A stretch of 64,000 bases of DNA from Octopus bimaculoides (lineage: Eukaryota). Positions within the stretch are counted from its first letter, which is position 1, and each line of letters starts with the position of its first letter. The stretch is from the NCBI RefSeq assembly GCF_001194135.2, contig NC_068989.1:32498862-32562861 (forward strand), in the 5' to 3' direction. Positions 38,165 to 52,241 of the stretch are shown one piece after another. The notes beneath the pieces were generated by a model, which searched no databases, was not told the origin of the DNA, and was given only the letters and a program-made list of their open reading frames with translations. Made by a program: the position numbers and the translations under genes.

Positions 38165-38480
38165 CCTGGCACGTGAAAAGCACCATTCGAGTGTTGGGCC
38201 TCACGGAGGCAGTGACAGGTGACTGAGACCTTTGGTGATATACTGTGCTTGTGAAAACCTATCAAGCCAAGTGAGATCGTAGTTGTGGCTGATGCCAGAG
38301 TCACGTCAATGGCACCCATGCTGGTGGTACATAAAAAGCACCCACTTGGAGCGGTTGACATTAGGAAGAGCATCCAGCCACACAAACCATGCCGAATCAG
38401 ATTGGAACCTGGTGCAACTTCTCAGCTTAACAGTTTTCAACCAAACTGGCCAACCCATGCCAGTATGATGATGATGATGC
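38165..38480 (+). mobile_element. SINE family B, long copy
   Basis: GCACGTGAAAAGCACCATTCGAG...TTAGGAAGAGCATCCAGCC...CAACCCATGCCAGTATGATGATG. Confidence 0.8.
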
Positions 38481-39639
38481 CTATGTAAAATCATAATATG
38501 TGTGTGTGTGTAAAACAAGTGAGATGTAATGAGTGGATAGTTTCTGGATGTATTGAAATATGTTGAAAAATAATCTACACTTAGTACGGATTTTTACAAC
38601 TGTGATAAATTGAAAAGAAAAAGTGTATGTATTGTGGATAACAGTTTGTTTATATTGAAAATTTGTTATCCAGTTCTTCCTTATAATAGTCTACCACAAA
38701 GTCATGGAAGGGGTCAAGATTTACATGAAAGAAGTTTGTTAGTGAATGTGTTCATATGAAAACTAAATCTCAGTGAAGTTGCTTTGCAATTGGTAAAAGG
38801 AAACTTACTAAAGGTGACAGAAGGAAACTGTCTGAAAATGACAGAAGGAACTGACTTTTTTTTACAGATATTATGAATATATACCTGTGTTAAAGCTTAT
38901 GTCATTGAAATAAAGTTGAATAGAGTTTGCTTAGAAACACCCCATCTTCACCTAAGATAATGACATACTTGAGAGGTTAAACAAATGGATTTTAAGAACA
39001 CAATCAGAGAACAATGGGAGCAAATGCAAAGACTTATGTTTTGATCCTTGCACAAATCCTTATATATCTCCCACAGTACTCTTGTCTTAGTGAACTTGTC
39101 ATTAAAAAGCAAAATACAATATGAGAAGTTATATTTATTCTCCTGAAGAAAATGATCCCCATGGAATATGTGTAGTGAAATCGTAAATGTGAAGAAATAG
39201 CTGTGTGCAGGGGAATTGCAAGATACTAGTGTTTGCAGACGGTTAAATACAGGCTATCACAAGTTGCTTGGAAATAGAAATAACAGAATAAGGCAAAAAT
39301 GGTAAACTGGCATTCAATCAGAGAAAATAGAGATGTGCTGTGTGAAAATTTGACATTTTCAAAGCAGTGAGTGGAAAGTGTACATGAACCTCAGGTGAAT
39401 GCATGTGTATGTGCAGAGAATAATGTCCATAACGAAATATTTTGTTTTTCTGTCAAGTACTCTAGATTTCAGAGCATGGTGGTTGAAGTTATGCTGTACA
39501 TGAAAATACATGCATGCATTGATTAATGTTCAGAAATATATGTGTAGCAACATTCAGAGGATGACAGATGGGACATACAGGCTTGGAGACAATGAACATA
39601 ACTCAATCTATATTATGAATACATACCTATGTTAAAGCT

Positions 39640-40760
39640 TATGTCATTGAAATGAGAAATTTGGAAAATCTTGTGGAGAAACATGAGTGACCATTTGACC
39701 AGATAAGGTGAGTGTGGTGCCAATGACTAATTCTGCCTGTGTATATGATTTCTTCCCTGATGGTGGCATGAAAAGGTGTTCCAACCAATTATCGCTGTCA
39801 TAGTGTGCTTTAAGCACAGACTTCATCTGTCAGTGAAAATGTTCAACCATGCTGTTGGCCATGGGATCATAGGTTGTGCAAATGTTTTTACACCCAAGAT
39901 GTGTCAGCTTGGTGAACAGGTGAGACTTTAGCTGATGTTTTCTCTTCATTGTGATTGTTGCATATGTACCTAAATGTGATATCCAGTGAAGTACCAGACT
40001 TTTAGGCAATTGATATTAATCAAACAGAGAAAAGACTTCAGGCCATCAGGAAAATTGGTTGATGCAGGTTAGCAGATGCATACGATTCTGGGAAGGAGGC
40101 AGTGATCCTCTTGTGTTGATATACACATGTAGAAAACAGTCATTGGGTGTCTTAAAAGAGCTAGGTAGCGACTTGGCATGGTAATGTATTTTAGCTGTTT
40201 GACAAATGACACAGCTTCTGGCCTATTCATGGGTGTCCTTGTCGATAGCAGCCCATATAAACGGGTCAATATTTGTTTGGAATTGACACCAGGATGTGAC
40301 AAACAGTGCAAAGCAGGAAAAAGACTTGATGTCAATGTTACTGTGATGTTCAAGTTCCTGATTGGTAGAGATATCACACTGAATATGACCCACAGAAGAC
40401 AGTGGGGGAAACCAGCTGCAATAGCTGGAATTTCAAGGATTTCAAGAATTCCAGAGCTTTACAAGTTTTTCATCATTTTCCTGATCAGCTGTGATTTGTT
40501 GAAGATCAATGGCAACAGTTGTATGTAATGCAATTAATTATATGTGGAAAAGTACATTAACTGCTGAGTTGGCTGAACACTTGATGTAATGCATGTCCAT
40601 GGTATACTGTGATATAAAGTTGAGGTGGTGGACTTTTCTAGGTGAGTAGTGATTAAGCTTCATGTTGAATGTGGATGCAAGTGGTCTATGATCCATATAG
40701 GTAAGGAAAACAAAACCTTGCAGCATGTGTCAAAAATGTTTGAGATTTAAGTATATTATG
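39640..40760 (-). mobile_element. Gypsy RNaseH-integrase remnant
   Basis: YMDHRPLAS...YSPRKVHHLNFISQY, ALHCLSHPGV, TYDPMANSMVEHFH*QMKSVLKAH, AELVIGTTLTLSGQ. Confidence 0.8.
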
Positions 40761-41139
40761 GATAATTCCCATCCAAAAGTACTATATTTAGATTCATCTG
40801 GTTTCAGTCACCTGGAGAAGAAAGGCAATGTTAGCCAAATCCATAAACCACTGTTGTAGTGCATAACTTACTCTGATATTGGCTGCATCAACCAAAAACA
40901 GAAAAGAGCACCAGATTTGGGATGAACTAACATCTTAGCCCCAACTAACATGTCTGTGAGCTTAGAAAACAAAGTAAACATGTATTATTTAGTTTTCTCC
41001 ATTGTTGTGTGTGCCAGATTATGAAAGACATTGTGTGGTGTGATACTATGAGTAATGTCCAGCATGTGCTAGCATGGAAAACATGTAAGATAATGATCTT
41101 GATCATGGAATAAGGAGAATGTGTGTGTGATCATCATCA

Positions 41140-41335
41140 TCATCATCATCTAACATCCATTTTCCATACTAGCATGGTTGGATGTTTGACCGGAGCTACC
41201 CAGGCTCCATATCTGTTTTGGCATGGTTTCTGTGGCTGGATATCCTTCCTAATGCCAAGAACTTTACAGAGTGTACTGGGTGCTTTTACGCAGCACCAGC
41301 ATGGGTGTTTTCACATGACATTGGCACCCATGAGC
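41140..41335 (-). mobile_element. SINE family B
   Basis: (CAT)n-CTAACATCCATTTTCCATACTAGCATGGTTGG...GGATATCCTTCCTAATGCCA. Confidence 0.75.
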
Positions 41336-41379
41336 TCACAAGATTATGAATGCACAGCTGAAGAGGAATACAGGGGACA

Positions 41380-42140
41380 TACCTGTATGCAAAGATGACC
41401 ACATATTTACTTAGCCTGACATGTCTTCCCAAGCCCAGTAAACTGCCAGAAGTCTTGGTCCCTTGTCATCCCCTTTGTGAGGCCCATCTGAAGATCCTTT
41501 CTCACGCTTTGTCCCATATCTTTCTGAGTCTACCCTTTCCATGAGTTGTCTCCACAATTAGAGCTTGGCACTTCTTGAGGCAACTGTCTTCGTTCCTACA
41601 CATTACATAACCATATCTGCACAGTTTTCTCTCAAATCACTTACACTTTTTTGTATATGCACACTGATATTACCCATAAATTTCTTTGAAGTGGAGTATA
41701 CATTCCTTTGAAGCCTTCACGTGTCCTCAGTAGTTACAACCCATGTTTCACTGTCATGTAGCATAGCAGTTCATACAAAGGTATCATACAATCTGCCTTT
41801 CACTCCGAGAAATAGGCCCTTTGTTACTAAGAGAGATAGTAGCTCACTGAACTTTGCCCAGCCTATTCTTATTCTAGTGGCTATGCTTTCAGAACAACTC
41901 CACCACTGCTAACTTGGTCACCTAAGTAACAGAAACTGTCTGCTACTTCTAAAGATCCTCACTGACATTTGAGGGGGTCTATTTTTGTACATTCCTGGTG
42001 TTTAGTATACCTGCACATCTTCCACATGTAAAGACTACTTTCTCTGTTAGTCTTCCAGTGATAGTGCTGTACCTCTTATGTATCCATAGCTTGCACTGTG
42101 CACATTTATAAAGTTTCTCCTGATACCTTTTCTATATGTT
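41380..42140 (-). mobile_element. RTE LINE 3' remnant
   Basis: Antisense of WAKFSELLSLLVTKGLFLGVKGRLYDTFV*TAMLHDSETW; related pieces at ~21960-22180, ~37320-37500, ~43860-43990 and ~49340-49720. Confidence 0.8.
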
Positions 42141-42212
42141 GAACAGGGCCATATACATACATGTACATATATATGTATATGACATATATATGTATATATA
42201 TATATTTATGAA

Positions 42213-43074
42213 CAGAGTGTTCAGGCTAAATTTGATGATTTTTTACATTACCTTTTTTCAAGAACAATTTGGTGTATTGGCAAACAGTCAACAGCATTGG
42301 AGGACATAATGATTAAAATTGTAGTTGAGGAAAAAATTAGTTGACATGGAGGGCTGGAAGCCAACTGAATATTGCAAAAGAGTGGCCTGTATCACAATGA
42401 TTTGTGCTGGGTACCAAAATGCTGACATGACTGCTGCTCATTGCTCTGTGAATGCTATAAAGGGAGTAAAACATGATATGGACAGCTGCAATGAAGACTA
42501 CAAGGTCATGGCCAGCAGGAAGGGGCACAGTAGGTGTTCTGACATGCCAGAGTTCATCCCGACATCTTTGAACAGGGCCTTTAGCTCAATTCAGATGGCG
42601 ATGTGAAGCTGCTGAAAGCTGGTCAAACCCTGGCTGGAGACGGTTACTGCTAGAAGGCTGTTTGTGTGGTAGCGGGATTCAGCCCCTTGCTATATCTCTG
42701 CAAAGTGTTAGAAGTAGTTGTTGGAGAATTTCTACAGCTCCAATTTCTGACCTTCTAATTTCCCAAATTGAAATTCCAGGGATTACTGTGTGTATGGTGC
42801 AGTTGAGAAAAACACCAACTGCAATGCCTGCAACACTAAGGCTGAGCTAGTGACCAAGATCAAAGAGGTGTTTGAAGATCTTCCCAGAGACAGAGTGAGA
42901 AATACATGTGCCAGGTTTTGGAGCTATATTGAGGTCATGGTGGAAGCTGAGAGCAAGTATTTTGAGTACACTCTTATCTCCCAGCCATAAACTTGTTGAT
43001 ATTTCAAAATTTTTTTAAAAAGCTTTTGTTTATTTTCCTTTATGCATTTTGTCAAATTTAGTCTGAACACCATC

Positions 43075-43076
<2 letters not shown>
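42213..43076 (+). mobile_element. Non-autonomous Tc1/mariner (maT/DD37D-like) element with both TIRs
   Basis: TIRs CAGAGTGTTCAGGCTAAATTTGA (42213-42235) and TCAAATTTAGTCTGAACACCATCTG (43052-43076); C-terminus YGAVEKNTN..ACNTKAELVTKIKEVF..LPRDRVRNTCARF. Confidence 0.75.
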
Positions 43077-43125
<49 letters not shown>

Positions 43126-43256
43126 CAACAACAGAAAAAGACACTTAGACATTCAAAAAATGAGTGGAACACATTTACAAATATGATCATGTACTTTGCA
43201 AAAATAAAAGTAAAATTATGTTCTGTGAACTCTGGATGGGGAGAAAATTCTTCCAA

Positions 43257-43297
<41 letters not shown>

Positions 43298-43309
43298 GAG
43301 GTGCAAACA

Positions 43310-43670
43310 TGACTGTATGGGAAGAAGTTTTTCTCAACCACAAGGTTTGAAGTTCAGTCCTACTGTGTGACACCTTAGGCAAGAACTTCAACTGTAGTCT
43401 GGGCTGATCAAAGCCTTGTGAGTTGATTTGGTAGACAGAAACTGGAAAAAAGCTTGTCATATACATATATATATATGTACATGTATGTATATAAGTGTGT
43501 GTCACTGTCTCCTGGCCCTGATATCACATGATAGTTGTAAACAAATGTCACCATGATGCAAGCAGTGTTAATTTCCAATCTTCTATGGAAAACATGTCTG
43601 GCCATGGAGAAATATTACCTTGCTTGGAAACAGGCGAGAACTGATGGCAGCCAAGGTATCCAACTATAGC
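43310..43670 (+). mobile_element. SINE family A head with an alternative tail
   Basis: Family A head, then (TA/TG)n, then ...GGCCATGGAGAAATATTACCTTGCTTGGAAACAGG. Confidence 0.65.
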
Positions 43671-44048
43671 ATATATTAAAATAATGGTGATGTGATAATG
43701 CAGTGTGTGTGTGTGTGTGTATACAATAATTTTTAGAGTTGAAGCAAAGACAAAAGGGAGATATGTTTCATAAAAACACAAGCTTGCACAGAAGATTAGG
43801 TCTCCTGAAACACTGTATATTTATTGGTTTATATGATCCTCTATCATCTATGTCAGATGAGGTACCTCAAGATTGTTTTTCACCACCTCATTCCAGATTC
43901 CTCTGTCTCCCTCTTCCACAGTACCATTCACTTTGAGGGCTTAGTACTTGCTTGTGCAGCTGTTATCCTTCATTTGCATCATATACCAATAGTATCATAG
44001 TCTCCTCTCTCACATTGAATTTGATTCTTTTTATACCCAGTTTTATCT

Positions 44049-44427
44049 TGTAGACAGTTACCTCCCTTGAAACCAGTTGTTTCATCCATTGGCCACTGGA
44101 TGGCACACATCATAGAGTTGCATTGTGGGAGAATTAAATCTATAGCTTTTGGACAGTGCAACCCAAGCGATTAGACATATTTTCTTCTTGTTGCGATTCT
44201 AAGTGATGTAACGGTCAAACATATCCACCACTTATGTATATGAATACAAACGCACAGAAACTGCCTTTATCTCTCTCAATACAAATACTGTTATTTGCAT
44301 GCTATGTAAAGATGAAAACGAGTTACGGCCTTGTTTGGAAATTCTTATCATCTCTTTATTTTTGCATTTGGAGAATGTCTACCTTCTACATTTTAGCTTT
44401 CTTTATTAGGAGCAAAATTTCCTAAGA
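44049..44427 (+). repeat. Gypsy 5' LTR
   Basis: Starts TGTAGACAGTTACC; colinear with 48892-49267. Confidence 0.9.
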
Positions 44428-47400
44428 ATGATGACCCCGAGAAACTAATAAGCAGTTACAAATACAAATTTATATTTTACAAGTTTACAGCAAATGAATA
44501 AAAAACAAAAGAAGAAAAACAGATGAGTAGAACCATTAACGCATCATAACTGCTCTAAATGGCCGACGTCTAAAATTATTTTTTCACATTCAAGTTTTGC
44601 CATCTTGCCTTCTCCAATTCGTTTTCCAATTCTTTGACATTCCTTTCTTCTCAACAGTTTTTCTTCCTTTATAAAACAAGCAATTTTTCACTCCCTCAAT
44701 TCCATGGGGAAGTGAAAATGAGGTTTTTGCAACTGGAGTCCTACTTTATTGTTACCAGCATGCACCAGCCACTGGCCAAACTGCACATTGCATTGTCCAG
44801 CTTACCATCCCCACTCATTTCATCTGTTAGGGATTTGCTTAGAGATACACCAGATGGGATATCCTATGAGTAGTTCAAGTCTGAGGTGCTACGCAGAAAC
44901 TCTCCGTCCGCAGAGAGCAAGTCCCGCTCATTGCTGCAGGATGAATATTTGGGAGACAGGAAACTGAGTTTTTGAGATGGCTACAAGAGCTTGCTGACGA
45001 CTCTTATGAGGGTCAGATCATCATTAAACAACTCTTTTACTCTCATATGCTGCTCAACATCCAGTCGGCACTGGTGCATTCAGTGGACACCACTCCTATT
45101 GACCAACTGGCCACCATGGCAGACAGGATTCTTGAGTTCTCTAAAAGCCAATCTGCAGATAATATCATCGCTGATGCCTCCTCTAAAACTTCTTGCATCA
45201 AGGTGGATAAACAATCTTTGGAGACATAGAAAGCAATCCAGGAACTCACTCATCAAGTTTCATGCCTCTTTAGGAATCGTTCTTCTTTTTCTTCTTCACA
45301 GTTCCATTTGAGAAACTGGCTCAGACCATGCACCACCAGCCCCTCCAGTTTGCTGGTACCACAGACAGTTCAAGGATCAAGCTCATCATTGTATACAGCC
45401 CTGCTCTTACACCCTGGTGGAAAACTAGCCAGGGAGACTCTGCGCACATCAGTCATCTCCCCCACTTTTATGGTAGACTACAGGAGCCAGTGTTAGCATT
45501 TGGCCTCAATGGTATACATTCACCAATCCTGCTCTCTTGGACATTTCTTTGTTCGTGGTTAACCATTCTGCTATCAAGACCTACGATCAAATCTCCTTTA
45601 CTCTTGAATTGTCACTCCATAGAGTATTCCGGTGGATTTTAGTTATTGCTGACTTACCACATCCAATTTTAGGTGCAGATTTTCTTCAACATTATTCACT
45701 CCTAGTGGATGTCAGGGGACGTTGGCTTTTGGATAGAACCACTTTCTTCACTGCCTCTGGAGAGGATACTACCATTTCTGCTGTGAGTCCTTCAGTCTTT
45801 GTAACAGCAGCTGGAAACACATATCTACAGTTACTTGCTTCATTTCTTGAATTAACAGATTTGACATTCCAGTTAACCAAGCCAGTTCATTCTACTAGGC
45901 ATTTTATAATGACTAAAAGACCTCCTGTATTTTCCAGACCTCGTTGTTTGTCTCCAGAAAAGCTGTGGATTGCCAGAGCTGAATTCGAGCATATGCTTCA
46001 GCTTGGCCTCATTCATCCTTCCAAGAGCCCATGGGCCACGCCTCTGCACTTAGCAAAGAAAGGCAATGTCAATTTTCATCCTTGTGGTGACTTTAGAAGG
46101 CTTAATACTGTCATGGTTCTAGATCACTATCCGATTCCACATTTCAGGATTTTTCTTTTGCCCTACATGGATGCAAATTTTTTTTCCAAAATCAACCTGG
46201 TACGCACATACCATCAAATTCTTGTTAACCTGGAAGATATACCCAAGACAGCAGTAGCAATACCTTTCAGAGCATTTGAATTTTTATCCATGCCTTTTGG
46301 TCTTCGTAATGCAGCAAGCACATTCCAGTGATTTATTGATGAGGTCGTTCATGGCTTACCTTTTGTTTTCACATATGTAGACGATCTCCTAATTGCCAGC
46401 ACCACTCAGGCTCAACATATCCAGCATTTAATACAGTTGTTCCAACATTTGTTTTCTTTTGGTGTGTAGATTAATCTGTCCAAGTGTGTGTTTAGATCTT
46501 CCAGCTTGGAATATTTAGAACACTTCATAGATGCTGATGGCATTCACCCGATTCCTTCTAAAGGAGAGGTCATCAAACATCTCCTCCTGTGTCTTTAAAA
46601 CAGTTAAGAACATTTCTGGGTCTGGTTAATTTCTGTAGAAGATTCATTTCCAGCTGTGCGGAAAAGTTGTCTCCTTTGACCCAGCTTTTAAAAGGATAGC
46701 CAACTAAAAATGCTAATATTTCATTGTCTCCTACTACTTTGCAAATTCTCGAAAAGGCCAAGACCAAGCTAGCCAAGGCATCCTTTTTGGCTCATCCTAC
46801 TCCTGATGCCAGTCTATCTCTAACAGTTGACACTTCTGATTTAGCTGTGGGTGCTGTGTTGCAGCAAACTGTAAATGGACAAACTCAACCATTGGCTTTC
46901 TTTTCTCACTAGTTGAAACCAGCTGAATTGCATTACAGCATTTTCAGTAAAGAACTTTTAGCTATTTATTTTGTGGGGAAGAACTTCACTCACCTTCTTG
47001 AGAGTAGGGAGTTCACAGTTTTCACTGATCATAAACCGTTGATGTTTGCACTGTTTACCAAAACTGACTGGTACTCGCCCAGAGAGACCAGACACTTGGA
47101 TTATATCTTGCAGTTCACCAGTGACATTCACCACATTCTGGGTACAGACAACATTCCTTCTGATGCCCTGTCCTCACCTCCCAGTTTGTTCTTTGTCCTC
47201 TCCTGCCTCAATTGATGTGGTTGCTATGGCTGCAGAGCAACCTTCCTTGGACTCTGTTGCGGATTTGAGTACCTGCCTCTTCCATCATCTGAAGGGACCA
47301 TTCTTTGTGATGTTTCCACTGAGTCACCCCAACCCCTGGTCCCTGAGCATTATCATCATCCTGTTTTTGAAGCCTTGCACTAGCTATCACACCCAGGCAT

Positions 47401-48891
47401 TGCGGCCATAGTTAAGCTTATTTTGGCTCGATTTTCCTGGACAAATATGCAATGTTCTATTACTGTTTGGTCATGTGCCTGTCTATGTTGTCAGCATGTG
47501 AAAATGCACAGATATGTGCGAGCTTCTTTGGGGCGCTTCCAGCCACTGGATTCCAGGTTCCAGCACATTTATATCGACATTGTTGGTTCACGGCCTATCA
47601 GTTGCAGGTTCATGTATATCCTGACCTGCATTGACAGATTCTCTAGATGGTCTGAAGTCATTCCTCTAGTGGACATTTCTGCAGTCTCTGTTGCCAGAGC
47701 ACTCATTTCAGGTTGGATCTCTCATTTTGGAGTACCTTCCAGGATCACAACTGATCGCAGTCACCAGTTTGAAGTTAGTCTATTTCGTGAACTGTCACAA
47801 TTACTCGGAATACAGCATATTCATACCACAAGCTACCACTCTGGTGCAAACAGAATGGTAGAGCATTTTCATAAGCAGCTAAAAGCTGTGATTCATGTTG
47901 CTCCTGAACCTCACCGTTGGTTGGAATTCCTTCCTATTGTTCTACTGGGTTGCCGTTCAGCCATCAAAGCAGATTTGGGATACTCTTGTATGGCACCACT
48001 TTGGCACTACCTGGCCAAATGTTAGTACCCGTTGATGTACAGAATACCGACCCAACTTCATATATCACTCAACTTAGATCCTTCTTTGTGGACCTCCCTC
48101 CAATGTTGCCTAGACAATAGTCTGTACCTTCTGCAGTTCCTTCTGACATATCCACATGGATGCATGTGTTTATTTGGAACAATTCCATTAAGGGTTCATT
48201 GATGCCACCTTATTCTGATCCTTACCATATACTTAAGTGTACAGAGAAATTGTTTACTGTGGACATGAATGGAAAAGATATAACTGTCTCTGTCAACAGA
48301 GATAAAAAAAACATTGACTGAAACAGACACACCTATCTTTTCACAGACATTTTCATGCCCACCACCACAACAAGCACCGACACCCAACAAAACAAACAAA
48401 TTGCAAAGACACTCCATATTAGCCTCAACACGTTCAGGCTGGTCAGTATATTAGCTGAAAAGACAATCAAAAACAATTTTTATATGACTTTTTGCCTCAC
48501 ATTAACTGTTACGGTGACACTCATGTGTTTTCCAATTTCACATTCTTGTTACAAAAACAAAACAAAAAAAGAGAAAAAAACCACACAGACATTTGTATAT
48601 ATGTCCACACTACACACATGCACACTGTTTGCCTTGCATCACATACATCCATACAATTGTATATATGTCCAGAAGCACCACACACACACTGTTGTTTTCC
48701 CTTTGTATGCCTGTTGCATTTACTTTTGTTCTTTGTGCATGCAGATTTTTTTCTCAATGTTTTTTTTCTTTTTTACATTGTACACATTTCTCCCACTATT
48801 GCCTCTTTGCAATCTCTGTGCATTTGTATCCCTTAACTTTCTGTCCATCGTTCATTAGTTCTGACTTTGAGTCTTGCAGTGAGTGGGGGCA

Positions 48892-49267
48892 TGCAGACAG
48901 TTACCTCCCTTGAAACCAGTTGTCTCATCCATTGGCTACTGGATGGCGCATGTCGTGGTGTTGCATTGTGGGAGAATTAAATCTATAGCTTTGGACAGCA
49001 CAACCAAAGCAATTACACATATTTTCTTCCTGCTGCGATTCCAAGTGATGTAATGGTCAAACATAACACCTCTTATGTGTATGAATATGAAGGCACAGAA
49101 ACTGCCCTTATCTCTCTCAATCCAAATACTGTTATTTGCATGCTATGTAAAGATTAAAATGAGTTACAGCTGTAATTGGAAATTCTTATCGTCTCTTTAT
49201 TCTTGCATTTGGAGAATGTCTACCTTCTACATTTCAGCTTTCTTTGTTAGGAGCAAAAATTCCTAAA
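48892..49267 (+). repeat. Gypsy 3' LTR
   Basis: Starts TGCAGACAGTTACC; about 85% identical to the 5' LTR by eye. Confidence 0.9.
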
Positions 49268-52241
49268 ATCTCTTTGTTCATTTGTACTTTGTCATTCGTG
49301 CACACTAACATGACACATCCAGTGAAACATACCTGTCTCATTTCTTTTCCTCCTTCACAGGTTCTCTGCATTCAAAGCCAATGTGTCACTGCTATCCAAC
49401 ACTGCACTTTACACACAAAGCATCAAACAATCTATTCTTGACTTTGAGGGAGAAACCCTTATTGCCAGTTGAGTTAATAACTCCTTGAACTTTCTCTTAC
49501 CTGTCCTTATTCTGGTTACCACACTTTATTCTCCAGCTGGGTAAGAAAAGCTATAGACTACTTCTAGAAAGCCATCTGTGTATTTGAGTGAATTTACTAC
49601 TCAAACTTTTTTGAGTGCTTATTGCCCTTGTGCATCTGCTGCATATGAAATCTTCCTTCTTTGTTAACCAACCTGATGTCTCATTATACGTCTTGCAGTC
49701 ATTGCTTACACTAGGCACACCTTATGAAATTTCAACTGATTTCTGAAAATTCTCAAAATTAAATTTTTTTCCTTCTCAGCATAAATGCCGCCATAATTTT
49801 AATATATCAACTGTCAAATTATCTTACTCTGCTACTTCAAACCTCATTGTTATTATAGCAGTGTCTAATCACTGTGAACTAAATGATAATACAATAATGG
49901 TTTAGAAAGTTTTATATCAAAATCAGATGTAGACAACTTGTTACACTCTTGCTCAAATATGTTGAATTTCAGCCAAACTATTAAAATGAGCGTGAATAAA
50001 TTTTCATTTGTGGAAAAGTTTCATAGTCATACATATATCCAATCAATCTCAAGTTATAATAATATATGAAAACTAATAGTAAATACACAGTTCTATTAGT
50101 ATCCCCAAACCTATGCCAATATGAAAACTAAATAGAAACTTGTTTAATAATATTCAAGCCCATAAGGACAAAAAGTTTCAATGTAACTGTCAAATAACCA
50201 ATAATTGCCCACTAAACGGTAAAGGACTCATTCATCTAATCATTATATAGGCTCTATAGCAAATTTTCAAAGACAATTTTATGTACAGTGTAATTTATAC
50301 TTGAATGGAAAACTTTAGAACTTAACCCCTCTTGCTGAATATATATTTAATATAAAAGGATTTAATTTTAAGTTAGAATGGTCAGTCTTAAAATGTGCTT
50401 TAACAAATAGGCGGGAAGATTGCTTTCTTTGTACACAGGAAACACTTGAGCTATTAAGATGCTATCCTGCATTACAGTTATTCACTGTAGACATGAATTC
50501 TCTAGAACTTTTTTGGGTTACTCTGTACAAAACAAGCATAAATTTAAAACTTAAGAAAAATCAAATGTCATAGTGATAATGACAAAAATAAAAATAGAAA
50601 CAAAAATATAATTAAATGTGAGGGATGATAAATTACATATACGTCTTTTGATACATTTTTTACTATATACACTGCTTTGTCCCTGATTTGATATTTTAAA
50701 TTTTACTCTTAATTATCTTTAATTATTCTTTCTTATGTTTATTTATATCTACAATTGCTTGTACACAAGTCCAGCAGGTGGTATTGTTGTCAGTTTCTCC
50801 AGTGAACAAATCATTCAGGCCCTTCATACCCTTGAAGCCATGTGGAATAATTAATCACTTACCTGAAAATCATATGAGGGTTAGCTTCAAGGCGGCCATA
50901 TTGCTCAGATGACATTGTATATATAATGTGTGGTTAACACAGAAGGAAAATTTCAGATGCAGCAGATGTATGTGTACACACACATACATGATTTAAGTCT
51001 AAATCACATGGCAAGTAACTAGTAGTTAAAATTCTATGAGTATCCATGTATATCCAAAAGGAAACTATGAGGACAATAAATTGTAGTCTTAGTTTCATAT
51101 GGTTGCAATCCACAGTTGTGTGGCTCACAGAGTACAAATAGAAAGCAAAATGGAACAGGAGGGTTTGTTCTACTGATATTTAGCTACATCAAATCTCATA
51201 TATTACATTAACAATAAATATCAAGTCTTCTGAGGTTGCATAACTCGCATCAATATGACAACACAGTCATCAGTCCAGTATGAATAATTAAGATTATCAA
51301 TGGGAGTTATGCAGTCTCAGAAGATTTGACAATGCAATCAGCTTATAAGATTTTCCTTATAGAACCAATATTTATTGTTTACGAAACAAGTGATTTCTTA
51401 TGTTACTAAATATCTGATCAAATTCACCTGTTTTCTTCTATATATAGGAATATGAGGAGTTAAGTTCACCGATGAACTAAACCAATAGGTATGCTGCATA
51501 AGTACTATAATTGGCCATCTGTTAGGTTCCAAATTCACAGATGTAGCTGGAGGTAGGGATCCATAGTAGGCTTCTGAACCAGCAGGTATATAATAAAGGA
51601 AAAGAAAAACAAAACCAAGGCAGGACAAGCATTTCAGGTCATTTAGAATGTTTAGTTACAGTAAGGCAAATCAAAAAAACAAGTAGACATTAATAATATC
51701 TTACAGCTGTTTCTGGGATATCCCAGGTAATGAGTCAACACCCCCATACACTGACTATTCCATCATCAGGGACAAAGTGTGTATGCACAAAAGTTTCAGA
51801 CAGAGAATTCACAGAATATGGATGAATAAAACAGTAGATACAAGAATAAAGTTCACAGCTCATCTTGTTCTGGAGGGTATGGAGGTTTGTCCATATTTCC
51901 GAGAAGGTATAGTCTCTAAGTATAATCCCAGGTAAATCTAGGCAGTAGTTTGAGTGATGCATTCAGATTGAAGGAATAAATCTAGCAGTTAGCATGTAAG
52001 AAAAATATAATGTGAGAGAGACAATTATATAGACCAAGACATCATGACAGATAGGCAGATCAGAGTGAAGAGAAGAGAAAAAAGAAAGAGAGAATAGTAG
52101 AAATAAAGATAAAGATAATGTAAAGAGGGTAAGTAATGGAAACAAAAATAAAAATAAAGATAAAAGGCCAGTATTATTCTGTCAGGGTAGGTTTGGGATG
52201 AGAGGTCAGGGGTTAAGGTTTTAGTAAAGTGGAGGAGGAAG

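Larger units (their letters stand above)
44049..49267 (+). mobile_element. Full-length decayed Gypsy LTR retrotransposon
   Basis: 4-bp TSD ATCT (44045-44048 and 49268-49271); PBS-like TGATGACCCCGA at 44429; PPT GAGTGGGGGCA before 48892; gag (TTPIDQLATMADRIL), protease (ILGADFL), RT (DFRRLN, MPFGLRNAASTFQ, YVDDLL), RNaseH (VDTSDLAVGAVL, TDHKPL), integrase ([21 protein letters not shown]) with stops and frameshifts. Confidence 0.95.

Noticed and set aside
49340-49546. Apparent plus-strand exon with good acceptor and donor
   Set aside because: Stops in all three frames; the sequence is an antisense RTE remnant
50760-50925. Exon-like segments (plus YTSPAGGIVVSFSSEQIIQALHTLEAMWNN*; minus MSSEQYGRLEANPHMIF with a CAG|GTAAGT donor)
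   Set aside because: Short, on opposite strands, and no recognisable homology; needs RNA-seq before any call
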